DNA of 51,996 nt, from NCBI GenBank assembly GCA_021774915.1, contig JAJFIO010000033.1, positions 1 through 51,996 of the forward strand, written 5' to 3'. The DNA is from Alphaproteobacteria bacterium. GTDB taxonomy: Bacteria > Pseudomonadota > Alphaproteobacteria > SMXP01. This document shows, one piece after another, positions 8,405 through 16,981 of the stretch. Within the stretch, counting starts at the first letter, position 1. Each line of letters opens with the position of its first letter. The notes beneath the pieces are model-generated. The model saw only the letters and a list, made by a program, of their open reading frames with translations, did no database searches and had not been told where the DNA came from. The position numbers and the translations under genes were made by a program.

Positions 8405-9814
8405 TTAAACTCGTTTCTCCCGAAAACCGAAGACGATCATCAGGGCCAGGACAAACGGCACAAATCGTTCAAAAATATCCGGGGGGTTTTGCGGATAAAA
8501 GTGAAAATAGACTGTCAGAGAAAAGCCAAGCAGCATAGCGCTCAGCACCGCGCCGGGCCTTGTCGGGTAGCGCAGGACGCGGATGATGATGATGGGGCCA
8601 AAGGCCGAGCCCAGAGACGTCCAGGCAAAAGCCACGCGCGAGAACACATCTGATGGCAATTGCAGCGTTACCCACACGGCGCCAAGACACAGCAGGGTGA
8701 TGGCTATGCGAGAGATGAGGATCGGCGAGAGGCCAAAACGTCGCTCCAGGCCCAAATCATGCGCGACGACGGAAGCCGCCACAAGAAGCTGACTGTCGGC
8801 GGTCGACATGATGGCGGAAAGAATGGCCGCGGTTACAACCCCCGCCAGGATTCCAGGAAACAGCATAGTGGTGAGGGCGAAGAAAACGCTTTCCGGGTCA
8901 CTAACGTTATTGAGCAGAACATGGCCGCTCAGGCCGACGATGAACATCGACAGAAAAACCACTGTGAACCAGGTCAGCGCGATGGTCCGTCCGCGCTTCA
9001 GCGCCTTCATGTCGCGAAGAGCCATAAAGCGGATGAGAAGTTGCGGCTGGCCAATGGCGCCGATGGCCAGGCTGGCAAAACCGAGCAAGAAGAGCGAGAA
9101 GCCGGAAAGGGATTGATCGCCCATGAAGGAAGCGCCGGAAGGTGGCATGGTGGCTTCAATCCCTGCCATGAGACCGCTGAATCCCCCCACTGCATCAAGC
9201 GCGACGATTGGCAGAAAAATCGCGATCACCACCATCAGCAGACCTTGCAGAGTATCGGTGACGCTGACGGCCCAGAAACCTCCCAGAAGGGTGTAGATCA
9301 AGATAATACCTGCACCGAGAAAGACGCTGTTCGAGAAGGAAATGCCGAAGCTGCTGGAAAAGGTTGTGCCCGAAGCATGGAACTGTCCCGCGACATAAAA
9401 AGTAAAGCCCACCACCACAAAAAACGAAGCGGCCAGAACGATGCCAGCGCGCATGGGGCCGGTTATGTTGCCGATCAGAACATCGGTGATGGTGAGTAGG
9501 TCCTTCTCTTTCGACTCGGCCATCAAGCGCGGTGCGAGCCAAGTCCAGGATATATAGTGACCCATTAGAATGCAGGGCACGAACCAGAAAGCCGAGAGCC
9601 CCAGTTTGAAAGTGATCCCCGAAAAGCCGATCAACGTCCATGCAGAAGATGAGCTTGCGGCATAAGAGATGGCGGCCACGGTGGGCCCGAGCCCCCGGCC
9701 TCCTAAAAAGAAATCTTCATTGTCTTTTGTGCGGCGACCCGCCCAGATTCCGATGGCGACAAGCGCCACCTGATAGGAAATCAGGGTGATAAGGATAGTG
9801 GTCTGTTTATCCAA
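8405..9814 (-). CDS. Sodium:solute symporter (SSF family, PutP/PanF-like)
   Basis: 469 aa and polytopic. The N-terminus FFLGGRGLGP and overall helix pattern are typical of SSF transporters. Confidence 0.8.
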   Translation of the reverse strand: MDKQTTILITLISYQVALVAIGIWAGRRTKDNEDFFLGGRGLGPTVAAISYAASSSSAWTLIGFSGITFKLGLSAFWFVPCILMGHYISWTWLAPRLMAESKEKDLLTITDVLIGNITGPMRAGIVLAASFFVVVGFTFYVAGQFHASGTTFSSSFGISFSNSVFLGAGIILIYTLLGGFWAVSVTDTLQGLLMVVIAIFLPIVALDAVGGFSGLMAGIEATMPPSGASFMGDQSLSGFSLFLLGFASLAIGAIGQPQLLIRFMALRDMKALKRGRTIALTWFTVVFLSMFIVGLSGHVLLNNVSDPESVFFALTTMLFPGILAGVVTAAILSAIMSTADSQLLVAASVVAHDLGLERRFGLSPILISRIAITLLCLGAVWVTLQLPSDVFSRVAFAWTSLGSAFGPIIIIRVLRYPTRPGAVLSAMLLGFSLTVYFHFYPQNPPDIFERFVPFVLALMIVFGFREKRV

Positions 9815-9858
9815 GGGAGCCTCTTTATCGAATTGAGCACTTTAGCGATGTATCGCAA

Positions 9859-11031
9859 TCACTCCAACACCGCCTCGGCGGCGCTGAGGGCTTGTCCGGT
9901 TCGGATGGGAGCCTGAAGTGCCGCAAGGGTGTTTTCCAGAGCGCCGAGGCAGGCCATAATGTTGGTCAGTCTGGCGCTGTGTCCCATCAGGCCGATTCGC
10001 CAGACTTTTCCTGCCAACGCGCCCAAACCTGCGCCGATTTCGATGTGATAGGTGCCCAGAAGTCTCTGGCGCACACGCGCCTCGTCAATGCCGTCGGGGA
10101 TCAGCACGGTGTTGAGTTGCGGCAGCCGCGACATAGGCTCCACGAGAAGTTCGAGTCCCATGGCTTCGAGACCCGCAGCCAGGGCTTGATGCATGCGCTC
10201 GTGCCGGGTCCATGACGCCTCAAGGCCTTCCTCGTGCAACATGACAAGGGCTTCATGCAGGCCATAGAGCGCATTGACCGGGGCGGTGTGGTGATAGGTG
10301 CGTGCGCCATCTCCCTCCCAATAGCCCATCAACAGGTTAAGATCGAGAAACCAGCTCTGCACTTTGGTCTTGCGGTTTTTGACGGTTTCCAGTGCGCGGT
10401 CGCTAAAAGTTACGGGGGACAGGCCGGGCGGGCAGGAGAGGCACTTTTGTGTGCCTGAATAGACGGCATCGGCCTGCCAGTCATCGACCTTCACCGGGAT
10501 ACCGCCGACGCTGGTGACCGCATCAACGATGGAGAGACAGTCATGGGCGCGGGCCAGTGCGCACAGATCTGCAGCATTGTTTTCTACGCCGGTTGAGGTT
10601 TCCGCATGAACAAATGCGAGTATTTTAGCTTCCGGTGTGGCTTTCAGTACCTGCTCCACAACATTACAATCAATAGATTTCCCCCACTCGGCTGTGACCA
10701 TGACAGGCGTGCCGCCAGCCCGCTCTACATTTTCCTTCATGCGCCCGCCGAAAGCGCCGTTTTGGCACACCACCACCGTATCGCCCGGTTCCACCAGGTT
10801 GACGAAACAGGCTTCCATCCCCGCTGAGCCTGGTGCGGAGATTGGGAATGTCATGGCATTTTTGGTCTGAAATGCCATGCGCAGACCCTCCTTGATCTCC
10901 TCCATCATAGCGACAAATTCAGGATCGAGATGTCCGATCGTCGGGCGCGCCAGAGCGGCTGTCACCCGGGGATGAACGTCAGAGGGACCCGGCCCCATCA
11001 AAATACGGAGGGGTGGTTCAAATCGTTGCAT
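9859..11031 (-). CDS. Class V aminotransferase (serine/alanine-glyoxylate/pyruvate aminotransferase-like)
   Basis: SGTQKCLSCPPGLSPV is the PLP-lysine motif. MGPGPS is at the N-terminus and WRIGLMG near the C-terminus, all typical of AGXT-type enzymes. Confidence 0.8.
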   Translation of the reverse strand: MQRFEPPLRILMGPGPSDVHPRVTAALARPTIGHLDPEFVAMMEEIKEGLRMAFQTKNAMTFPISAPGSAGMEACFVNLVEPGDTVVVCQNGAFGGRMKENVERAGGTPVMVTAEWGKSIDCNVVEQVLKATPEAKILAFVHAETSTGVENNAADLCALARAHDCLSIVDAVTSVGGIPVKVDDWQADAVYSGTQKCLSCPPGLSPVTFSDRALETVKNRKTKVQSWFLDLNLLMGYWEGDGARTYHHTAPVNALYGLHEALVMLHEEGLEASWTRHERMHQALAAGLEAMGLELLVEPMSRLPQLNTVLIPDGIDEARVRQRLLGTYHIEIGAGLGALAGKVWRIGLMGHSARLTNIMACLGALENTLAALQAPIRTGQALSAAEAVLE

Positions 11032-11182
11032 CGTGTGTACCCTTATTTATTGAGTTAAATTCTGATATGCACGTTTATAGGGATTTTTACCAAGAGAACG
11101 CCTGTGCTCTCTCTGACGCAAGCTTTCCGTTACGTCAAATCAAAGGTTGATTTTCTCCTCGAGCCCCCTAATCCTGCACCTT

Positions 11183-14100
11183 ATGCACGATCATCAATTT
11201 CATCTGCTCAAAACCAAGCGATTTCTGCCGCTCTTTATTACCCAAACTCTGGGGGCATTCAATGACAATGCGTTTAAGAACGCGTTGGTCATGTTGGTGA
11301 CCTACCAGACCGCAATCCGGGCTGGCATGGACAGCCGCCTTATCGTTACCGCAGCGGCCGGCGTCTTCATCCTTCCCTTTTTCCTATTTTCGGCGTTCGC
11401 GGGACAATTGGCGGATAAGTATGAAAAAGCCATGCTGATCCGGCGGATCAAGCTTTTTGAAATTGTCCTCATGATTCTGGCCATCATCGGCTTCATGCTG
11501 CAGAACATCTACTGGCTGATGAGCGTGCTTTTTCTTCTGGGTGCGCAATCAGCTTTGTTCGGGCCGTTGAAATATGGAATTTTACCTCAGCATCTTCATA
11601 AAGATGAACTGGTGGGTGGTAATGCGCTGATTGAAGCCAGCACTTTCATGGCGATACTGCTGGGGACGATCATCAGCGGATTGCTGGTGTTGACGGAACA
11701 TGGAGTTATTCTGATCTCCGGCCTGATCATGGTGTCGGCGCTCACGGGCTACACGGCAAGCCGTTCTATTCCGCGTGCAGCGGCGGCAGACAGGTCGCTC
11801 AAACTGAACCTCAACATTGTTTCTGAAACGCTGAGCATCATTCGGCACGCGGCCAGTCAGAAAACAGTTTTTCTCTCTATCTTAGGTATCTCGTGGTTTT
11901 GGCTTGTCGGCGCGGTTTATCTGGCCCAGTTCCCTGTCTATGTCCGGGATGCGTTCCGGGCTGACGAACAGGTTGTGACTCTGTTCCTGGCGGTTTTTTC
12001 CATCGGCATCGGCATCGGGTCTTTGTTGTGCACACGATTGCTCAAAGGGGAGGTCTCGGCAAAGTATGTGCCTTTGGGCGCGCTCGGTATGTCGCTCTTT
12101 GGGATTGATCTCTATTTTGCAGGGGGGGCGGGAGCGTTGGTGATTGAGGGCGCTCCTCTTGCCAATGCCGCCGAATTTCTGTCCCATGCCGGACATTGGC
12201 GTGTGCTTATTGATCTGCTTGGTGTTGCCGTGTGTGGCGGGATCTACATCGTACCCCTTTATACTCTCATCCAGGTCCGATGCGACCCGCAGCATTTGTC
12301 GCGCACGATAGCGAGTAATAATGTGCTCAATGCGTTCTTTATGGTCGCGGCGGCCATATTGAGCATGACCCTTTTGAAGCTTGATTGGGGTATCTCCCAG
12401 ATTTACCTGAGCGTTGCCGTGGCCAACGGTTTTGTTGCGGCTCTTGTCTGCCAGCTCCTACCACAAGAAGTGATCAAGGTACTGGTGCGGCGCCTGTTCC
12501 GGCTGCTCTACCGTGTCGAAATCATCGGCATGGAAAATTACAAAAGCGCTGGCGAACGGGCAGTCATCATCATCAACCACACATCGTTTTTAGATGGAGC
12601 TTTGGTTGCCGCTTTTCTGCCCGATACGCCCACTTTTGCCGTGAACACAGGGATCACCAAAAAATGGTGGGCTAAAATAGCGTTTATGGCATTTGATGTT
12701 CTGCCACTTGATCCGACCAACCCCATGAGTGTGAAAAGTCTGGTGCGAGCGGTGCAGAATGGCAAGCGCTGCGTGATTTTTCCCGAAGGGCGTATCACGG
12801 TCACCGGCGCTCTCATGAAGGTTTATGAGGGGCCGGGTGCAATTGCGGACATCACGAATGCCTCACTTGTTCCCATCCGGATTGAAGGGGCGCAATACAC
12901 ACCGTTCTCACGGCTCAAGGGCAAGGTGCGCACGCGGTGGTTTCCCAAAATTACGATCACGATTCTTGAGCCTCGGAAAATTGATCTTCCGAAAAGGATT
13001 AAGGGGCGCGAGCGCCGTCAGTTGATCAGCGCCGAGCTCTATCAGCTTATGTGCGACATGCTGTTTGAATCCGCATCAATCGATCAGACGCTGTTTGCCG
13101 CATTGCTGGATATGCGTACGATCCATGGCGGGAAACATGAGGTTCTGGAAGACACGGACTTTTCTCCTATGAGTTATAACCGGCTCATTCAGGCAAGTTT
13201 TGCTCTGGGCAGAGTCCTCACCCGCCATACGGGACGCGGAGATTATGTTGGGATTCTCCTGCCCAATGTTATTGGCACTGTGGTTACTTTTTTCGGACTT
13301 CATGCTTTCGGGCGCGTTCCGGCGATGCTGAATTACTCAACCGGCGTTAGCAATATGGTGGCGGCTTGCGATGTGGCTAAGATCAAAACGGTTTTCACAT
13401 CACGTAAATTTATAGAGGCAGGCGGATTTCAGGATGTGGCCATCGCATTGGCGGGACAAGTCAAACTTGTGTATCTGGAGGATTTGCGCAGTGAAGTTGG
13501 GCTTGCCGATAAGCTGTTTGCGTTGGCGGCAGGGCGCTTTTCTCGTTTCGTCTATTCACGGGTGGTGCACAGGCCTCGTGCGGAAGACCCTGCGGTGGTG
13601 CTTTTTACATCAGGTTCTGAGGGTGTGCCCAAGGGGGTGGTGCTGAGCCATCGCAACATTCACGCCAACCGGACTCAGGTCAGTGCACGTATTGACTTTA
13701 ATCCTTCTGACAAGATCTTTAGCACCTTGCCGATATTCCATTGCTTTGGACTTACAGGGGGGTTGATGCTGCCTCTGTTTGCCGGGATCAAAGCATTTCT
13801 TTATCCCTCTCCCCTGCATTACAAAACCATTCCGGAGCTGGTCTATGAGCAGAACGCGACAATTCTATTTGCGACGGATACGTTTTTGGCGGGCTATGCG
13901 CGCGCGGCCCATGCTTATGATTTTTACTCACTACGCTATGTATTAGCGGGAGCGGAAAAACTGAAGCAAGAAACACGCACGATGTGGGCGGATAAGTTCG
14001 GTCTCCGAATTCTCGAAGCCTATGGCGCCACAGAAGCGTCGCCGGGCCTGTGTATCAATACGCCCATGCAATACAAGGCCGGCACAGTGGGTCAACTGCT

Positions 14101-14710
14101 GCCCGGCATTCGCCATCGGCTCGTGTCTGTGCCGGGGATTGATACGGGAGGGCGTTTGGAAGTGGCGGGGCCCAATATCATGAGCGGATATTTGCGGGCC
14201 GAAACACCCGGTCAAATCGAACCGACGGGCGACTGGTATGATACGGGCGATATTGTCGATATCGATGCGGAAGGATTTGTGACTATTATTGGGCGGGTTA
14301 AACGCTTCGCAAAAATTGCCGGTGAGATGATCTCCCTCACCGCAGTGGAAACGCATGTCGCCAAACTCTGGCCGCAACACGGCCATGCCGTGGTCGCTAT
14401 TCCCGATCAGAGAAAGGGCGAACAGATTGTCCTGGTTACGGAACATGGGGCTGCGGATCGGGCGGCGATTTCCGCCAGCGCGCGTGTGCATGGATTGTCC
14501 GAACTCATGGTACCCAAACTGATCGTGCCGATTGAGAGCATACCCATCATGGGAACCGGCAAGACCGACTATGTGACCCTCTTGTCTCTAGTGATTGCGC
14601 GGGTGGTTAAAGTAGAAGATGCAGCAGACGCCCTTGAGGTAGAGCAGGTGATTCAGCCTGATGAGGGCAATGAAAAGAGCTTTGAAGAACAGGCCATCGA
14701 GAACCCATGA
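11183..14710 (+). CDS. aas: Fused lysophospholipid transporter (MFS, LplT-like) / PlsC-type acyltransferase / acyl-ACP synthetase (Aas-like)
   Basis: The N-terminal part has about 12 TM segments. The acyltransferase motif is NHTSFLDG...FPEGRIT. The adenylation motifs are FTSGSEGVPKGVVLSHRN, YGATE, TGD and GKTD. A TTG at 11147 is an alternative start. Confidence 0.8.
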   Translation: MHDHQFHLLKTKRFLPLFITQTLGAFNDNAFKNALVMLVTYQTAIRAGMDSRLIVTAAAGVFILPFFLFSAFAGQLADKYEKAMLIRRIKLFEIVLMILAIIGFMLQNIYWLMSVLFLLGAQSALFGPLKYGILPQHLHKDELVGGNALIEASTFMAILLGTIISGLLVLTEHGVILISGLIMVSALTGYTASRSIPRAAAADRSLKLNLNIVSETLSIIRHAASQKTVFLSILGISWFWLVGAVYLAQFPVYVRDAFRADEQVVTLFLAVFSIGIGIGSLLCTRLLKGEVSAKYVPLGALGMSLFGIDLYFAGGAGALVIEGAPLANAAEFLSHAGHWRVLIDLLGVAVCGGIYIVPLYTLIQVRCDPQHLSRTIASNNVLNAFFMVAAAILSMTLLKLDWGISQIYLSVAVANGFVAALVCQLLPQEVIKVLVRRLFRLLYRVEIIGMENYKSAGERAVIIINHTSFLDGALVAAFLPDTPTFAVNTGITKKWWAKIAFMAFDVLPLDPTNPMSVKSLVRAVQNGKRCVIFPEGRITVTGALMKVYEGPGAIADITNASLVPIRIEGAQYTPFSRLKGKVRTRWFPKITITILEPRKIDLPKRIKGRERRQLISAELYQLMCDMLFESASIDQTLFAALLDMRTIHGGKHEVLEDTDFSPMSYNRLIQASFALGRVLTRHTGRGDYVGILLPNVIGTVVTFFGLHAFGRVPAMLNYSTGVSNMVAACDVAKIKTVFTSRKFIEAGGFQDVAIALAGQVKLVYLEDLRSEVGLADKLFALAAGRFSRFVYSRVVHRPRAEDPAVVLFTSGSEGVPKGVVLSHRNIHANRTQVSARIDFNPSDKIFSTLPIFHCFGLTGGLMLPLFAGIKAFLYPSPLHYKTIPELVYEQNATILFATDTFLAGYARAAHAYDFYSLRYVLAGAEKLKQETRTMWADKFGLRILEAYGATEASPGLCINTPMQYKAGTVGQLLPGIRHRLVSVPGIDTGGRLEVAGPNIMSGYLRAETPGQIEPTGDWYDTGDIVDIDAEGFVTIIGRVKRFAKIAGEMISLTAVETHVAKLWPQHGHAVVAIPDQRKGEQIVLVTEHGAADRAAISASARVHGLSELMVPKLIVPIESIPIMGTGKTDYVTLLSLVIARVVKVEDAADALEVEQVIQPDEGNEKSFEEQAIENP

Positions 14711-14812
14711 TGAAGTGTGTCATCCCCCTTGCTCATCCTCCGTCACTGTTTGCAAACAAATTGTAATAATTAAAATAAGTGAGTACGGGGTCACGGCGGG
14801 TACGCATTTGGA

Positions 14813-14889
14813 TGGTCGGAGTGAGAGGATTTGAACCTCCGGCCCCTGCCTCCCGAAGGCAGTGCTCTACCAGGCTGAGCTACACTCCG
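14813..14889 (-). tRNA. tRNA-Pro (anticodon CGG)
   Basis: The reverse complement folds as a cloverleaf: acceptor CGGAGTG/CACTCCG, anticodon stem CTGCC/GGCAG with loop TTCGGGA, T arm GGAGG-TTCAAAT-CCTCT, and an encoded CCA. Confidence 0.93.
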
Positions 14890-15112
14890 AATAATCTTGA
14901 GACTTTATAGCGCAGGGGGCAAAGCCCCTGCAAGCACGGCTCGGGCGTACTTCTTCACTCCAGAGCCGAAGCCAGCGCGTAGGGTGCACCTTGTTGGCAG
15001 GTTAAAACCTCAAAAGTCCTTGCGTGAAGGGATAAAACGAGGCATTAAGTGCCCGCGATAGAGGCCGAGCGCTGTGTCGCCATTTCTTAGGTCACGATTG
15101 TTGTTGATCTTT

Positions 15113-15186
15113 TGGGGCGTAGCCAAGTGGTAAGGCAGTGGGTTTTGATCCCATGATCGCAGGTTCGATCCCTGCCGCCCCAACCA
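15113..15186 (+). tRNA. tRNA-Gln (anticodon UUG)
   Basis: Acceptor TGGGGCG/CGCCCCA, anticodon loop TTTTGAT, T arm GCAGG-TTCGATC-CCTGC, and an encoded CCA. Confidence 0.93.
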
Positions 15187-15245
15187 AGCACTAAATTTCC
15201 CTCTCAAAAATGTGATTCCATCCGGGGAAGCTTTTGGAGTTAAGA

Positions 15246-15346
15246 AACTTTACAGATATTTTCAGGTAGATTGATTTTCCAAAATCACTGTGGATTTTGT
15301 GAACTGTAAAGTTGATATCCGGGATTGCTAAAATCACATATGTGAT
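15246..15346. repeat. Cluster of inverted repeats downstream of tRNA-Gln
   Basis: A perfect 10-bp inverted repeat: AACTTTACAG (15246-15255) and CTGTAAAGTT (15304-15313). It encloses GATTTT-cc-AAAATC-actgtg-GATTTT. A perfect 14-bp palindrome ATCACATATGTGAT lies at 15333-15346. Confidence 0.5.
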
Positions 15347-15936
15347 CTGTGTGCAGATTTAACTAAAGTCAATTGGGGGCTAATTTTTTACGGGGAAGGG
15401 CGAATGGCCAAGAAGGGATCGGATCTGCTGTGGTGGTGCGGTGAACTGATCTCTATGGCAAGTGCGATGTTGGTTTATCTCATCGTCTTAACCAAGAATG
15501 CAATCAATACCATGGTATCTATTGATGTGAAGGCGCTCGTGATATATGGATCATATCGGGCAGACGGCTTGGAGGGGCCGCTTGATTCTTGATATACCTG
15601 TCCCAAGGGGCATTTGTGTCGGGATCAGACCAATGAGTAGATTGAGTGGGGGAGGAAACACAAAACCGCCACAAATGAATGGAAACCTGAGCATCAAGGC
15701 GATTCTGGTGCTGACAAGGGCCATGGGAGGCGGTTGTTTTAAGACAGCATTGTTGACATAAAATGTTGCCCAAGCAAACATAATCCCGCCTCCATAAGGA
15801 GGCCTTGGCGCACAAATTGCAGCGTTGTTTGATAAGCTTAAGGGGCGCTTAAAGCGTAAATAGAATAGGTAAAAGTTTTGGTAAATTCGCGGATAGCAGA
15901 AAATAAAAATAAACTTATAAGTGCAATTCCGCCTGC

Positions 15937-15980
15937 AAACTCTCTTCTAGAGAGTTTTATGTTTCTTCGTGATGAAGAAA
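15937..15980 (+). promoter_or_regulatory. Two adjacent short hairpins/palindromes about 190 nt upstream of the TonB2-type operon
   Basis: AAACTCTC-ttcta-GAGAGTTT (15937-15957) and TTTCTTC-gtgat-GAAGAAA (15962-15980). The flanks are AT-rich. The function (operator, terminator or none) is unknown. Confidence 0.3.
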
Positions 15981-16172
15981 TAGGGTGTTGGGGAAGAGTT
16001 TGGTGACGTGCACATCCATCATTTCTGGCCGCGTCGCGGCAACCGTCTTTCAGGCGGATTTCTATTTAACTGTTGGCCACGCGGACATTGTGTCCAAAGC
16101 CAGTCAAGGCGGCAAAGCTTGCGCCGTTTCATCTGGTCTGTGGTCTGTAAAGCTCAAAAAAAGGGTTATCTC

Positions 16173-16967
16173 ATGCTGACGAGTCGATTAGGAGAAGGCG
16201 TGGCAGTGCTCGTTGCGCCGTTTTTGGTATTAGGCACACTTGCGGTGGCAACGGTTGCGCCGGCAGTGGCTCAGCTTGATCAGGCCAAGAGCACTGAACT
16301 TCAGAATGCGCAAGAAGGCGCCACAGCTCAAAATACCATCGATAAGCTGGATGATGAACGCGATAAATTGCTGATTGATTATCGCGTCACCCTGGACCAA
16401 CTTGAAAACTTGAGAGAGTACAATGAGCAGCTACGTAATCTCATCAAGAGCCAGGAAGAAGAAAAGATCTCTCTGAAAGAGCAGATCGAACGCATTACTG
16501 GCATTGAACGCGATATTGTTCCGCTCATGTTCAATATGCTTGAAGCACTTGATCAGTTTGTTCAGCTTGATGTCCCGTTCCTCTTTGATGAGCGTGTAGA
16601 GCGGGTGGAAAAGCTTAAAACACTCATGAACGACGCCAATGCAACGAATGCTGAGAAGTATCGCCGTATTCTTGAGGCCTATCAGATTGAAAATGATTAT
16701 GGCCGGACCATCGAAGCCTATACAGGCAAGCTTGGTAAAGGCGAAGAAGCCAAGACAGTGACCTATCTCAAGATCGGGCGCGTTTCATTCATTTATCAGA
16801 CGGTTGACGGATCGCAGGCTTATGTTTGGGATCAAGAACAGAAGGCATGGGTGGAACTGGCAGGTAGTTATGATACGCCGGTGACCATTGCCATTCGCAT
16901 GGCCAAAGAGCAGATCCCACCAGATCTCATTTTCATTCCTGTCAAAGCCGCTGTTAAAGCAAATTAG
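16173..16967 (+). CDS. DUF3450-type coiled-coil periplasmic protein (TtpB-like, first gene of TonB2-type system)
   Basis: A signal-like N-terminus (MLTSRLGEGVAVLVAPFLVLGTLAVATVAPAVA) is followed by a long coiled-coil. It sits directly upstream of a long ExbB-family gene, as in Vibrio TonB2 clusters. The ORF-track start at 16008 is an unlikely extension. Confidence 0.7.
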   Translation: MLTSRLGEGVAVLVAPFLVLGTLAVATVAPAVAQLDQAKSTELQNAQEGATAQNTIDKLDDERDKLLIDYRVTLDQLENLREYNEQLRNLIKSQEEEKISLKEQIERITGIERDIVPLMFNMLEALDQFVQLDVPFLFDERVERVEKLKTLMNDANATNAEKYRRILEAYQIENDYGRTIEAYTGKLGKGEEAKTVTYLKIGRVSFIYQTVDGSQAYVWDQEQKAWVELAGSYDTPVTIAIRMAKEQIPPDLIFIPVKAAVKAN

Positions 16968-16981
16968 GAGAGGCCGTATCC

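Noticed and set aside
8660-9499. 279-codon plus-strand ORF inside the SSF symporter gene
   Set aside because: It is a shadow ORF antisense to a strongly supported membrane-protein gene. Its composition is Arg/Gly/Asp/His-rich and low complexity, typical of GC-rich antisense frames. The same reasoning applies to 637-1236 (-), 13943-14491 (-), 17768-18331 (-), 22036-22899 (+), 23632-24249 (+) and 26513-27040 (-).
14912-14931. GC hairpin GCAGGGG...CCCCTGC between the divergent tRNA genes
   Set aside because: It has no U-tract on either strand and lies upstream of both tRNAs, so it is not a terminator. It is too short to interpret further.
15010-15207. 65-codon minus-strand ORF from the ORF track
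   Set aside because: It directly overlaps the well-folded tRNA-Gln gene (15113-15186). The peptide is simply the antisense reading of the tRNA.
15600-15760. Possible riboswitch (cobalamin, glycine or c-di-GMP) or housekeeping RNA (tmRNA, RNase P, SRP, 6S) in the spacer upstream of the TonB operon
   Set aside because: I could not find any of the diagnostic conserved cores by eye (B12 box, GGAGAG...CACCG, RNase P GAGGAAAGTCC, SRP GGAAGCAGCC, tmRNA tag ORF). A covariance-model scan is still needed to be sure.
16008-16172. 55-codon N-terminal extension of the DUF3450 ORF (MHIHHFWPRRGNRLSGG...)
   Set aside because: The extension is Arg/Cys/Trp-rich and not protein-like. The internal ATG at 16173 gives a proper signal-peptide-like N-terminus.
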